A DNA stretch of 64,000 nt. Origin: Oceanispirochaeta sp. (GTDB lineage Bacteria > Spirochaetota > Spirochaetia > DSM-2461). Position 1 is the stretch's first letter; every line of letters starts with the position of its first letter. The DNA lies in the NCBI GenBank assembly GCA_963666275.2, contig CAXXOA010000001.1, positions 800,001-864,000 on the forward strand, in the 5' to 3' direction. Positions 48,532-58,301 of the stretch are shown one piece after another. The position numbers were made by a program, and so were the translations under genes. Under the pieces are notes generated by a model. That model saw only the letters and a program-made list of their open reading frames with translations, was not told where the DNA came from and ran no database searches.

Positions 48532-49680
48532 TCAATTGTTTTTCTGATTCATCCTCAAAAACAGCTCCAGAGAACTTACCTGAATTTTTTCATGAATAGG
48601 ATAACTCTCCTTTCCGGGATATATAACATAAATTCTATCGAGATCAAGGTCTTCAATAGCACTATACATCGATTTGGTTGTCTTTGGGGTTTCAGTCATT
48701 TTAAACTCAATCCCAATCCTTTTATTCCCTTCCATAATGAGCAGATCTATTTCAGCTCCGCTGTATGTCGACCAGAAATAGGGTGATCGTACAGGATATG
48801 TCCGGATTATCTGTTCCATGGAAAAGCTCTCCCAGGATGTTCCCAGCTTGGGATGGCTATAAAGTTCATCCCTGTTTTGAATGCCCAGTAAATGATGCAA
48901 CAGTCCTGTATCGGTAAAATAAATTTTGGGAGATTTTACCTGGCGTTTTTTCATATTGGCAAACCAGGGTTGCAGGGGACGGATCATATAGGTTGCTGTC
49001 AAAATATCAATATAAGATTGTATTGTAGTATGGCTTATTCCCATGGAACCGGCCAGCTGGGTTTTGTTGAGAATCTGTCCATGACTATGGGCAAGCATTG
49101 TCCAGAAACGCCTGAGGGTTTCCGAAGGAATATTAATTCCAAGCTGAGGAATATCTCTTTGTAAAAAAGTTCTGACAAATCCTTCCCGCCAGGCAGCACT
49201 GTCGATATCATCTCCGGCAAGAAAAGAGAGGGGAAAACCACCCCTTAACCATAATTTGTTTAATGTATCAGATCCGGTTTCCAGAAGATTGAATCCCTGC
49301 AGATCGATAAATTCAACTCTGCCTGCTAATGATTCTGACGCATTCTTAACCAGTTCCGGAGACGCACTGCCCAGAATCAGGAATGAACCATTCCTGTTTT
49401 TTTTATCTGATACGACTCTTAGAATAGAAAAAAGTTCAGGATACAACTGGATTTCATCAATGATAACAAGACCTTCAAGAGACTTCAGGTATAGTTCCGG
49501 GTTTTGCAGTTTCGCTCTATCTACAGGAGATTCCATATCCAGGAAATGTGAATTTTTGAAAGCTGAGATTTCTCTTGCCAGCGTAGTTTTTCCACACTGT
49601 CTGGGACCAAGCAAGGCAGTAATTTTAGCCCGATCCAAAGAAGTCTGAATTTTCTGAATGTACTCCTTTCTTTGTATCAT
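48532..49680 (-). CDS. AAA_14-family ATPase with a C-terminal DUF4143 (HTH + PD-(D/E)xK-like) domain
   Basis: GPRQCGKT, IIDEIQ, LGSAS, ESLAGR, GGFP, KSPKIYFTDTG and EIDL..IEFK. Confidence 0.9.
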   Translation of the reverse strand: MIQRKEYIQKIQTSLDRAKITALLGPRQCGKTTLAREISAFKNSHFLDMESPVDRAKLQNPELYLKSLEGLVIIDEIQLYPELFSILRVVSDKKNRNGSFLILGSASPELVKNASESLAGRVEFIDLQGFNLLETGSDTLNKLWLRGGFPLSFLAGDDIDSAAWREGFVRTFLQRDIPQLGINIPSETLRRFWTMLAHSHGQILNKTQLAGSMGISHTTIQSYIDILTATYMIRPLQPWFANMKKRQVKSPKIYFTDTGLLHHLLGIQNRDELYSHPKLGTSWESFSMEQIIRTYPVRSPYFWSTYSGAEIDLLIMEGNKRIGIEFKMTETPKTTKSMYSAIEDLDLDRIYVIYPGKESYPIHEKIQVSSLELFLRMNQKNN

Positions 49681-49739
49681 ATGTTAAATTAACATTGAAA
49701 ATTGAAAGTTACAATGGCAATATTCAAGGATAATTGAGT

Positions 49740-51947
49740 TTATTCTTCAAATTTCGCGGCAATATCCCTGTCGATCACATAGATGCAGACCTCTTTCGCT
49801 CCGTTCTCGGTGTAACCGTAGCGGTTCATCAGCTTATGTATCAGGTAGGTCACGTCTTTGCGGATCTTCTTGTCATGGCTCTGAAAATCCCTTGTATTGT
49901 ACTCTTTTATGGCACTCCGGAAATTGTCGCTCTCTTTGAATGGTTCCAGAGCGTTGCTTTTAAGATACCGGGTGTAGGTTTTCAGAAGGTCCCTGTACAG
50001 GCGGGTCTGGGAGAGCTTCCGGTTCTCTGTTTTCATTTCCGTGATGGTAGAGGAAATATATTTCTGCTGCACCTCTCTCCGGAACTCCTGCCTGAACTCC
50101 TCCTGAGGATTCCCCGGAATAAGATAGTCTTCTATGCTCTGAAGAAATTCCCGGCTGATCTGAATGATATGACCCGTATAGGGGCTTTTCTCGCTGCCTC
50201 CCGTTTCAAAGTTCAGGGCGAAAATATAATCCTGAATGTCCGAAGAGATCCGGCTGCGGTTGTAGTAGTAAAGGCATTCTTTCATTTCCTGAAGGATCGC
50301 GTAATCGTAGGAGTCGACAAGAGAGGGAAGAAACGGGGAGGGAATCCTTTTTTTGAGCTCCTCATTCCTTGTAAAAAAATCCTGGAGCATCTCCATATTG
50401 ATCATTTTATCCTCTTTGATATAGGAGGTATAAAACTCATGGAACAGTCTGATCGACTCCCGCCCCGTAATGCCCTGGAACCCTTCGTTTTCCGCTTCCG
50501 AGAGGATATTTCTCCGGATCCCCGCTTTGAAGGAGCGCTTGTCCTCCTCGCTGATCCATTCGGGGATAACGCCCGCATAGATAAGCATTTTCAGAAGGAG
50601 AAGCTGGGAATCACAGAACTGGCTGTATTTTGATCTGTTTCCGATCCACTCTTTCAGGGCGGGAGACTCGCTGTTCAGCCGGGAGGCTATGATCACTCTG
50701 GCGAAATTGTCCAGAATCCGGGGCAGAAAACTCTCCCTGATCCGGGGACCCATGATATTGGTATAGATCTGCACTTCCGTTTTATAGTCCAGCACATAGG
50801 GCATTTTTATGAAATTGATCCTGTCCTTAAGGGCCTGGTTTTTTTCAAGGAACTCCCTGTCCTGGGGGTTCATCAGACCCAGGTAAAGACTTTTTATGGT
50901 TTCTTCAATGGACTCAGCTTTGTGAATCCCGTCGCTGATGACCCCGTGCAGAGCCAGGAGCCTGTTTTTATTATGCTGTTTCGCATCCATTACCACATAG
51001 ATTCCGTTGTTGGTCCTGGCATATTCGGAATGGATGATCCTGACGAGATTGGAATCACCGAAATACTCGTCCAGCCAGGCCTGGGCCGCGGGATTGCTCT
51101 GGGTATCCTGATTGAGGATATCCCCCGGATTGAACACCGAGATGCCCTCTCCCAGACGCCGGCTGTAGCGCATGCGCCGGGGGGCGATCATGTTGAGCAC
51201 AGCCAGGGGGGAACCGGTCTGTTCCAGCAGGGCTTCGTAGAGGGACATACAGATCGTACAGGGCTCCTCCTTGAAGATCCACTCGTATTTTTTCTCGGTG
51301 AAAAGCTTCTGTTTGAATTCCTCATCCTCTATGAGCTCATAGAGGAATTCCTTTCTCTGATCCCTGGGGATCTGCAGGATCGGGGAGTCATGATTGGGGC
51401 AGTTCAGAAGCAGATAGTCCTGATTCTTTCCTTTTTCACTGTTTTCCTCCCGGGAAGATATCACCGGAAACAGGAGTTTATTGATTTTCCATGTGGTTTC
51501 GTAGATCTCTCCCTTTTCGGTTTTCATATACGCTTCGAAGCGGTGGAGGAAGTTGTTGAGGAACGTGCTTTTACCGCTCCCCGGGGGGCCTTCGAACATA
51601 TAGATCTTATTCCGGTCCACCACCTGGTCAAAAGTATGGATCAGATTCATAAGACGGTTTCCGAACAGACGGTCTGCAAAATAAGGAGATTCACTGTCCC
51701 TGATAAAGAGCCTGCTGAAGTCATAGGATTTATAGTGAACCGACTCGGGATCATCCGGGAACTCATCGGTTCCGGGAGGGACATAGAAGAGGACCATATC
51801 GTGAACAAGCTGGAAAATATCTCTCATAAGGGTCCGGGGATTCTCCCTGAGTTTAGTCAGAAACTCTTCGAAAGTGATCCGCTCCTGGGCTTTCTTCTCT
51901 TTAAGATTCCGATTCAGCCGGTTCAGCATCTCTTCTATTCTATCCAT
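49740..51947 (-). CDS. PrkA/YeaG-family AAA+ protein, second copy (Walker B Glu absent)
   Basis: GPPGSGKS, ARTNNGIYVVMDAK, ALKDRI..MPYVLDY and EGFQGITGR. C-terminal YGY...A as in PrkA. Confidence 0.8.
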   Translation of the reverse strand: MDRIEEMLNRLNRNLKEKKAQERITFEEFLTKLRENPRTLMRDIFQLVHDMVLFYVPPGTDEFPDDPESVHYKSYDFSRLFIRDSESPYFADRLFGNRLMNLIHTFDQVVDRNKIYMFEGPPGSGKSTFLNNFLHRFEAYMKTEKGEIYETTWKINKLLFPVISSREENSEKGKNQDYLLLNCPNHDSPILQIPRDQRKEFLYELIEDEEFKQKLFTEKKYEWIFKEEPCTICMSLYEALLEQTGSPLAVLNMIAPRRMRYSRRLGEGISVFNPGDILNQDTQSNPAAQAWLDEYFGDSNLVRIIHSEYARTNNGIYVVMDAKQHNKNRLLALHGVISDGIHKAESIEETIKSLYLGLMNPQDREFLEKNQALKDRINFIKMPYVLDYKTEVQIYTNIMGPRIRESFLPRILDNFARVIIASRLNSESPALKEWIGNRSKYSQFCDSQLLLLKMLIYAGVIPEWISEEDKRSFKAGIRRNILSEAENEGFQGITGRESIRLFHEFYTSYIKEDKMINMEMLQDFFTRNEELKKRIPSPFLPSLVDSYDYAILQEMKECLYYYNRSRISSDIQDYIFALNFETGGSEKSPYTGHIIQISREFLQSIEDYLIPGNPQEEFRQEFRREVQQKYISSTITEMKTENRKLSQTRLYRDLLKTYTRYLKSNALEPFKESDNFRSAIKEYNTRDFQSHDKKIRKDVTYLIHKLMNRYGYTENGAKEVCIYVIDRDIAAKFEE

Positions 51948-51951
51948 GGAT

Positions 51952-53553
51952 TTACAGCTGCCTCCTGCTGATTTTTCTCTCCTTCATGGTGTAGCACACG
52001 GGGATTTTGACAAGCTTTGTCACCTGATTCTCATTTTCATAGTACATTTCTGTGGTCTCCAGTCTGACCTGTCCCCCCCAGAGGAATTCCAGCCCCATCA
52101 TGGTGGGAGGTATATACTCCCTGATCAGAGGCTTCTCCTCATCCCTATGGATCAGAAAGAGGGTGTTTTCATCGCTTCTCCCGGGGTCAACCCGGATATC
52201 CGGCGGATGCCACAGCGAATCCAGCAGCATCTGCCTGTAGTCTTCGGCCTTCCGGCTGCGGATCACGTACTCCCATATCTGCCGGGGACTGTTGAGACGC
52301 TTCTCCACGGTAAAGAGCCTGTACCGGTTGACAAAATCCTGATCCACAAAGCGGTTGATCAGGGTAAAATCGCAGAAATCCTCCCGGAGCTTCAGCAGGT
52401 AGGGAGTGGGGTCGCCGCTCTTCTTCCGGTACCTCCGGCGTTCTTCAATATTCTGCAGTTTTTCATACTCCCAGGAGAGGCGGCCTGTACCTGCCAGGTC
52501 CTCAATGTACTCCAGGAGCCGGATTCCCACGGCGTAGGGGTTCAGTCCCACCTTGGGAAGAGAGGTCACTCTGGCGTGAACCCGGGCAAAATCCACCTCA
52601 TGCCCGCCAATGCGGGGATCCTTCAGAAACAGCCTTTCATGCCAGTAACTGGCCCAACCCTCATTGAATATATGATCCCGCCTCTGAGGGTCGAAATAGA
52701 GCCCCGTGTCCCTGACCACATGGATAACCGACCGCATCCAGCGGTTTTCCTCCTTCTCCAGAAAGGGGGAATGGTGGAGTATATATTCCAGGACATCCCG
52801 GTTCTGTTCATGCTTTTTCTGCAGGAATTTTTCGTAAAGCGAATCAAACTCGGGATACAGGGTCTTTACTTCGGAAAAGAATAGGGATTCTCCCATGGAG
52901 GCAGACTCTCTTTTAAGCTGATTGTACCGTTCCAGGTTCTTCAGATACTCTCCGTGGGAAACCTTTTTGATATTCTGCAGGAAGTGATCGAAATAGAAAT
53001 CCATCTGATGGGAGTAGAGGGGCATCCTGTTGCGGTGCAGCCCTGAAAGGACCTTGTAGAATCCCAGGATATTGTCCGCTCCCCGGGCGAACTCGATAAC
53101 ATAATCCACCCACCGTCCGTATTCGGAACGGAGACGGTTGATAAGCCGTTTGTCAGCCCGGGCTTTTCCCAGAAAGTCATCGGACCAGGTATCCCGGAAG
53201 AAGGTATTGTTCTGGAAAAAATCAATATGCCCCAGAACGTGATAGAAGATCATCACATTGAGCCAGTCCGGGTTGTTGTCATTGTAGAAGGAGACCGCCG
53301 GTCTTGTATTGATCACTGTTTCGTAGGGATTGGAAGGATAGAGCCTGTATTTTCCCTTCTCCTGAAGCACCTGCACATCCTGAACCCAGTAGTCGTAAAG
53401 GGTGGGAATCATCATTCTGGGAGAGAGTTCCAGCATATCCTGGTTGGTCACAATATATTCCAGGGTCTCCCTGTCGAAGGAGAGACCCTCATCGGCAGCT
53501 CTCTGTTTGCACTCTTCCATTATGGATTTCACGTGCTGACTGATCAGGGTCAT
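51952..53553 (-). CDS. SpoVR/YcgB-family protein
   Basis: YETVINTRP, HVLGHIDFFQNN, NEGWASYWH and NPYAVG. Confidence 0.9.
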   Translation of the reverse strand: MTLISQHVKSIMEECKQRAADEGLSFDRETLEYIVTNQDMLELSPRMMIPTLYDYWVQDVQVLQEKGKYRLYPSNPYETVINTRPAVSFYNDNNPDWLNVMIFYHVLGHIDFFQNNTFFRDTWSDDFLGKARADKRLINRLRSEYGRWVDYVIEFARGADNILGFYKVLSGLHRNRMPLYSHQMDFYFDHFLQNIKKVSHGEYLKNLERYNQLKRESASMGESLFFSEVKTLYPEFDSLYEKFLQKKHEQNRDVLEYILHHSPFLEKEENRWMRSVIHVVRDTGLYFDPQRRDHIFNEGWASYWHERLFLKDPRIGGHEVDFARVHARVTSLPKVGLNPYAVGIRLLEYIEDLAGTGRLSWEYEKLQNIEERRRYRKKSGDPTPYLLKLREDFCDFTLINRFVDQDFVNRYRLFTVEKRLNSPRQIWEYVIRSRKAEDYRQMLLDSLWHPPDIRVDPGRSDENTLFLIHRDEEKPLIREYIPPTMMGLEFLWGGQVRLETTEMYYENENQVTKLVKIPVCYTMKERKISRRQL

Positions 53554-54752
53554 TCTTCTATAAGCTCCTTTATGCTTTCAATAATCCGGTTTTCATCGGC
53601 TGTCTCTTTCAGAGTCGAGAGGCGGAGATGTTTCTTCTCTTTTTCAAGCAGTCCCGATCCCTCTATGTATTTTTCCGCCGAAGACTGTCCGGGAGCCCTG
53701 TATCCCGGGCTGACAACGGTAATGCCGATCCTGTTGGCATAGGAGGTCATTGTCTCCAGTGCCTGAACCGCTTCTGCGCCGCTCTGATCCATATCATCCC
53801 CGTCGGTGCCGTGAAAAACATAGATGTTGTAATCTCTGTTCAGGGCTTCTTTTTCCACGATCTCATTGACCATATTGTAGGCTGCGGCGATAAAGGTTCC
53901 CCCTGCAATGCTGAGGTTGTAATAGCTGTAGAAATCGGGAACCTCTCTGGCTTTGTCATCATGCAGAATGAACCGGGTCTCCACCTGTTTTTCATACTGA
54001 TAGGAGAGCCAGCTGAATATCATAAGATGCTGGGATGTGATGATTTCCGTGGGTTTCCCGTACATGGACGCCGAATAGTCCCTGAGAAAGAATACCAGGG
54101 CCTGAGCTTCATAGTCCTTCTCCCTGGAGAGGATCCTGTAGACCTTATCTCTGGGATCCACAAGAAAGCGGGAAGAGTCTATGTTCTCCGGATCCGGAAC
54201 ACGGCCCAGGGCCTGATTGGTTCTGACTATCCTTTTGAGGGTGGCTTTTTTATCGAGGAACTGACCGAATCCCCGGTTTTTATCGGTCATCTCATAGCGG
54301 TAGCGGGTAAAGGTCTTCTTTTTCCCCCGGTCTTCCAGATGGGGGAGTCTGAACTTTTCGGTCAGAATCCTGCCCAGATCATAGGCGGAGGAGGCTGCTT
54401 CATGCTCCTCTCCCGAACCCGCACCGGGGCTGCCCGGTTCATCCCCTTCCTGATGGACCGGAACCTCGCCCAGGACATCTCCCTCTTTTCCTTCACCGGT
54501 TCCTCCGGTCTGTTCGTTCGGCTCGCTGCCGTCTTTGAAGCGGATCCTGTCATGGTAGAATTTCTCTTCCGTCACAGTAGGGACGACAACGATTTTGTCT
54601 TTTCCCCCTCTGCCGGGCCTGAAAATCCTTCCGAACTTTATCTTTCCGGGAAAACCGTCCTTCTCCCTCTGCTTATCCCGCTCAAGAAGGTCATCAATGG
54701 ATTTCAGTTCCCTGTGATAGTAACTTTTCGGTTCGGGATCTTCCATACACAC
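53550..54752 (-). CDS. YeaH/YhbH (DUF444) vWA-like protein
   Basis: Gly-rich linker, MIDAS-like DYSASM, GGT and YNIYVFHGTDGDD. Confidence 0.9.
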   Translation of the reverse strand: MCMEDPEPKSYYHRELKSIDDLLERDKQREKDGFPGKIKFGRIFRPGRGGKDKIVVVPTVTEEKFYHDRIRFKDGSEPNEQTGGTGEGKEGDVLGEVPVHQEGDEPGSPGAGSGEEHEAASSAYDLGRILTEKFRLPHLEDRGKKKTFTRYRYEMTDKNRGFGQFLDKKATLKRIVRTNQALGRVPDPENIDSSRFLVDPRDKVYRILSREKDYEAQALVFFLRDYSASMYGKPTEIITSQHLMIFSWLSYQYEKQVETRFILHDDKAREVPDFYSYYNLSIAGGTFIAAAYNMVNEIVEKEALNRDYNIYVFHGTDGDDMDQSGAEAVQALETMTSYANRIGITVVSPGYRAPGQSSAEKYIEGSGLLEKEKKHLRLSTLKETADENRIIESIKELIEE

Positions 54753-54761
54753 CTTCTATTC

Positions 54762-56834
54762 TCAGGATTCATCCTCCAGAGTGGTATAGTATTCCAGAGT
54801 CTTCTCGGCACAGGTCCGGCAGTAGCGGAGTTTTCCGATCATGGTTTCCATAAGGCGGTTGTAAAGCTTCTGGTTCTCTTCGTCCGTGCGGTTGGCCAGG
54901 GCTCCCACCAGGCTGCCGGCGCTTCCGATATCAGAGTTCAGCCTGACTTCGGTCACCGCTTTCACCAGTTCCAGGTTGTCCATAAAGTTGTAGTTCTTTT
55001 CGGTGGCGATTTTCTGACCATAGAGTTTGCGGATAGTGGTCCGGAAGGACTCTCTCTGCTCTTTTGTTTTCAGTCCCATCCTCTCTTCCACGCTCTCTAT
55101 ATAGCGCTCGTCAATTTTGATGGCTGTCAGTTCTCCTGTCTGGGGATCCGGATACTTCCACATCCTGTCGGCTCCCAGCGAGTCCGCATCAATACCCACG
55201 ATCATATTCACATAGTTCATAACGCTCTTTTCAATGGCTTTGGGTTCGTCCATATAGGCGTCAAAGATCTCCACTTTGATTTTCTCTTTGTACAATGTCT
55301 GGGCAATTTTCAGATCCTCCAGATACTTCCCCCGGTCCGCAGGGTCCTGAATGTAGTCCAGGACTATCGTTTTCAGAGCTTTGAATATATCCCTGGCAAA
55401 CATGCACTCCCCTTCGTTGGTTTCGGAGCTCTCCAGAACCAGCTGCATGGCCCTTCCCAGGTTCCGCTGGCCCAGACCTTTCTGTCCGAACCTGCGGGTT
55501 ATATCTGTTTCCGCCTGAAGGTCGTCAATAATTTCGCGCAGGGTTTTGATGCTTTTTTCTCCGGCTACCTCGCCGGCCGCCAGTTTCATCATCTCTATGG
55601 GGGTCATCTTGTCCGAACGGGGCAGGCGGCTTAATGTCACAGCCACCGAAGCGGCATAGTTGAAGTTGGGATCTATATGAAGAGGGGATTTGCTGAAAGT
55701 GGATTTTTTCCATCCCCCCAGAGCGTACTCAGTCAGTTCTGACTGGAGCCGGTAGTCGGTGTTATGGGACACATAGCAGAGCCGGCAGCGGTCCACAATG
55801 GGCGCTTCCTCCCTTTCGGACAGGAATTTGTTAAACTCCGCATTATTGCTAGTGGCTATGATCAGCGTATCGATGGGCCATTTGAACCCGTCCAGTTCTA
55901 TGGTCCTGTTCTGGATGACCCCCAGGTAGATCTGGACCAGGTCCCGCTTGTTTTTAAAGATTTCATCGCTGAAGTGGATCCCCCCGCCGGCGACCCGGGC
56001 CAGAGCGCCCCGTCTCAGGTCGAAGCGGTAGGGATTGTTGGTGTCTGAAATATGAAGGAGTCTCTGAATGGATTCCTCTCCCAGCAGATCTACCGAGGAG
56101 GATGTGATTTTATCCTTGGCCGGGTATTTCCCCGTTATGGTCCCCAGGGTTTCACTTAGGGGGACAGGCGAAATCGTAATAAACTCTTTCATCTTTTCCA
56201 CATCTCCCCCTGTAAAACGCCGGATATCCTCCAGAATATAGGAGGAGCAGGCTCCCAGGGGGGTATAGTACTGCCAGATTTCCTCCAGGGCTTTTTTATC
56301 AAATCCCAGAGATCTCAGATACTTTCTGTTCTCTTCAGGTGTTTCATAGAGATTCATGACCAGACGCATGGGATCTTCATAGGTCTGTGACTCAACCCTG
56401 TCGATCATTCCGTATGTTCCCAGCTGATTCAGATTGCGGAAGCAGAATGTGTACCGGCGGCTTTCCGGGCGGGAAAGATAGTTCCGGTAGAGGGAGCAGA
56501 GGTATTCCACAAAGAAGGTTTTTCCGTTTCCCGGTTCTCCCACCAGAACAAAGGCCATCTCGTTGGATGAGCCGTTTTCCGCGGCATCTTTTACATAGGA
56601 GACAAAACTGTTGATCTCATCATACATGCCAATGATGTGTTTGGGGCCCTGACGGAATACTTTGAAGTCATAGGTTGTCCGTCCGTTGACTTTCACCTTC
56701 TCTATCATTTCCGGATCATCCAGAATGAGATGACAGAGAGACTGGTAGATATTTTCGAATTTTCTTTTGCCTTCGGCGGCCTGTCTGACGTGATAGTCCA
56801 GGCTTAAACCGGCTGACTGGTCTTTGTTTGTCAA
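54762..56834 (-). CDS. prkA: PrkA/YeaG-family AAA+ ATPase ('serine protein kinase'), first copy
   Basis: GEPGNGKT, HFSDEIFK, ATSNNAE and arginine finger VDRC. A GGAGG RBS favours the TTG start at 56834 (ORF track starts at 56873). Confidence 0.82.
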   Translation of the reverse strand: MTNKDQSAGLSLDYHVRQAAEGKRKFENIYQSLCHLILDDPEMIEKVKVNGRTTYDFKVFRQGPKHIIGMYDEINSFVSYVKDAAENGSSNEMAFVLVGEPGNGKTFFVEYLCSLYRNYLSRPESRRYTFCFRNLNQLGTYGMIDRVESQTYEDPMRLVMNLYETPEENRKYLRSLGFDKKALEEIWQYYTPLGACSSYILEDIRRFTGGDVEKMKEFITISPVPLSETLGTITGKYPAKDKITSSSVDLLGEESIQRLLHISDTNNPYRFDLRRGALARVAGGGIHFSDEIFKNKRDLVQIYLGVIQNRTIELDGFKWPIDTLIIATSNNAEFNKFLSEREEAPIVDRCRLCYVSHNTDYRLQSELTEYALGGWKKSTFSKSPLHIDPNFNYAASVAVTLSRLPRSDKMTPIEMMKLAAGEVAGEKSIKTLREIIDDLQAETDITRRFGQKGLGQRNLGRAMQLVLESSETNEGECMFARDIFKALKTIVLDYIQDPADRGKYLEDLKIAQTLYKEKIKVEIFDAYMDEPKAIEKSVMNYVNMIVGIDADSLGADRMWKYPDPQTGELTAIKIDERYIESVEERMGLKTKEQRESFRTTIRKLYGQKIATEKNYNFMDNLELVKAVTEVRLNSDIGSAGSLVGALANRTDEENQKLYNRLMETMIGKLRYCRTCAEKTLEYYTTLEDES

Positions 56835-56942
56835 TGCTTTCCTCCCCTGGGGCAGGTGCATCTGCAGGTACATATCCCTACAATGAATTTTAACCCACAG
56901 GAGGAGGAAAGTAAAATCCTGTTTTTGCGGAAAAGAAGAAGA

Positions 56943-57191
56943 TTATTTCTTCAGGATCTCTTTTTTTTCCAGATACTCTTCCCGACTGATCTCTCCGTTG
57001 ACAAAGCGCTTCTGCAGAATTTCCAGGGGGGAGTCTGATTTCTCCTGGCCCGGAAAGGAGCCGCTTTTTTTGACAAGCAGATAGATCAAAGCCGCAGCAA
57101 TTAAGATTCCCAGTCCCATAGTAATATAACCTCCAAAGGGAACGCCTCTGAAAAGAGAGAACCCGTAACCGTAATGATGGGGATAGTACAT
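56943..57191 (-). CDS. Small membrane protein with a SHOCT domain
   Basis: One TM and PLEILQKRFVNGEISREEY. GAGGAG RBS. Confidence 0.85.
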   Translation of the reverse strand: MYYPHHYGYGFSLFRGVPFGGYITMGLGILIAAALIYLLVKKSGSFPGQEKSDSPLEILQKRFVNGEISREEYLEKKEILKK

Positions 57192-57272
57192 TCTGTAACT
57201 CCTCAGTTTGTTTTTTACACTTTAAATATTACAGGCAAGGTATGAATAGAATGTGAAGCCTTTCTGAAATAA

Positions 57273-57839
57273 CTATTTCCGGGCTGTAATCAGGTAGTGT
57301 TTCTCCAGAGTTGTATCAATGGCAATTCCGGAAAAACCAGCCTTTTCCAGCTGCCCGGCAATGGTCTGTTCGCTTATGCGGTGTTCTGCCGGGGGACCTT
57401 CAGGCATCTCCTGTTTTTTCCAGTCGATAATCAGTATTTTTCCCTCCGGTTTCAAAAGGCGAAAAGATTCCTTCAGAGTTGCATCGGGATTATCCAGTTC
57501 ATGGTGCAGGTTAATCATAAAGACAAGATCGGCAGTACTGTCGTCCAGAGGCAGTATTTCACTCTCCAGAAGGACTGTTTCTATGGAAGGATTCTCGGGA
57601 ATGATATTGGCATTCATCCACTCGATCATCTGGGGCGCTGTATCGCAGGCATAGGCTTTTCCCCTGTCCATCATTTCCAGAAAGGGGACTGTGAAAAATC
57701 CTGTACCCGCTCCTATATCCACTATAGTCCGGGGAGATTCCAGGTTCAGTACCTCCCAGACGTAACGGGGAGGGATGTCTTTCATCCGGGAGGGATTGTT
57801 CAGTTTCGAAAGTTTTGCGGGATTGAATTTATATGACAT
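57273..57839 (-). CDS. Class I SAM-dependent methyltransferase
   Basis: VDIGAGTG, LHHE and LKPEG. Confidence 0.9.
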   Translation of the reverse strand: MSYKFNPAKLSKLNNPSRMKDIPPRYVWEVLNLESPRTIVDIGAGTGFFTVPFLEMMDRGKAYACDTAPQMIEWMNANIIPENPSIETVLLESEILPLDDSTADLVFMINLHHELDNPDATLKESFRLLKPEGKILIIDWKKQEMPEGPPAEHRISEQTIAGQLEKAGFSGIAIDTTLEKHYLITARK

Positions 57840-57990
57840 GAATAAAACATAGTAAAAAAACTATGTATCGTCAATTTTTCCTCTGTACGGGAAGAAAAAA
57901 CTTGAATCCCTATCATTTTAATATTATATATAAGAAAACGAATATAAGGAAAAGTTCAGTATTCCCTGTTCTTTTCACAGGAGATGAAAA

Positions 57991-58197
57991 ATGACAAATA
58001 TGGGAAAAACAGACAGAGCAATACGAGCCATCCTGGGAGTCCTTCTTATCGCAGCGGGTACAGTCCTTCAGATTCTTACCGGAGGACTGTGGTGGCTGGC
58101 CATTCCCGGGGCTGTCCTGCTTCTGGTTTCAATCGCAGCGTTCTGCCCTCTCTATGTGCCTCTTCACCTTTCCACGACAGGGAAAAAGGGAGAATGA
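57991..58197 (+). CDS. DUF2892 (YgaP-like) membrane protein
   Basis: NMGKTDRAIR and FCPLY motifs. Confidence 0.88.
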   Translation: MTNMGKTDRAIRAILGVLLIAAGTVLQILTGGLWWLAIPGAVLLLVSIAAFCPLYVPLHLSTTGKKGE

Positions 58198-58210
58198 CTT
58201 CGGTATGACC

Positions 58211-58240
58211 GCCGCCGGATACTATTTTCCGGCGGCTTTT
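58211..58240 (+). terminator. Probable Rho-independent terminator after the DUF2892 gene
   Basis: GCCGCCGGA-loop-TCCGGCGGC-TTTT. Confidence 0.7.
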
Positions 58241-58301
58241 CTCTACACCTAAACAGGATTCTGTGGTAATCTCCGAGAGAGAAAACTGAAAGGAATGCCC
58301 T

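Noticed and set aside
51952..53553. SpoVR/PrkA as evidence of sporulation
   Set aside because: These families are widespread in non-sporulating bacteria, and no other sporulation genes are present.
53628..55634. 668-aa plus-strand ORF, and similar ORFs at 50922-52884
   Set aside because: Antisense shadows of the yeaH, prkA and spoVR genes, with no recognisable motifs or RBS. Explained by codon bias of the real genes.
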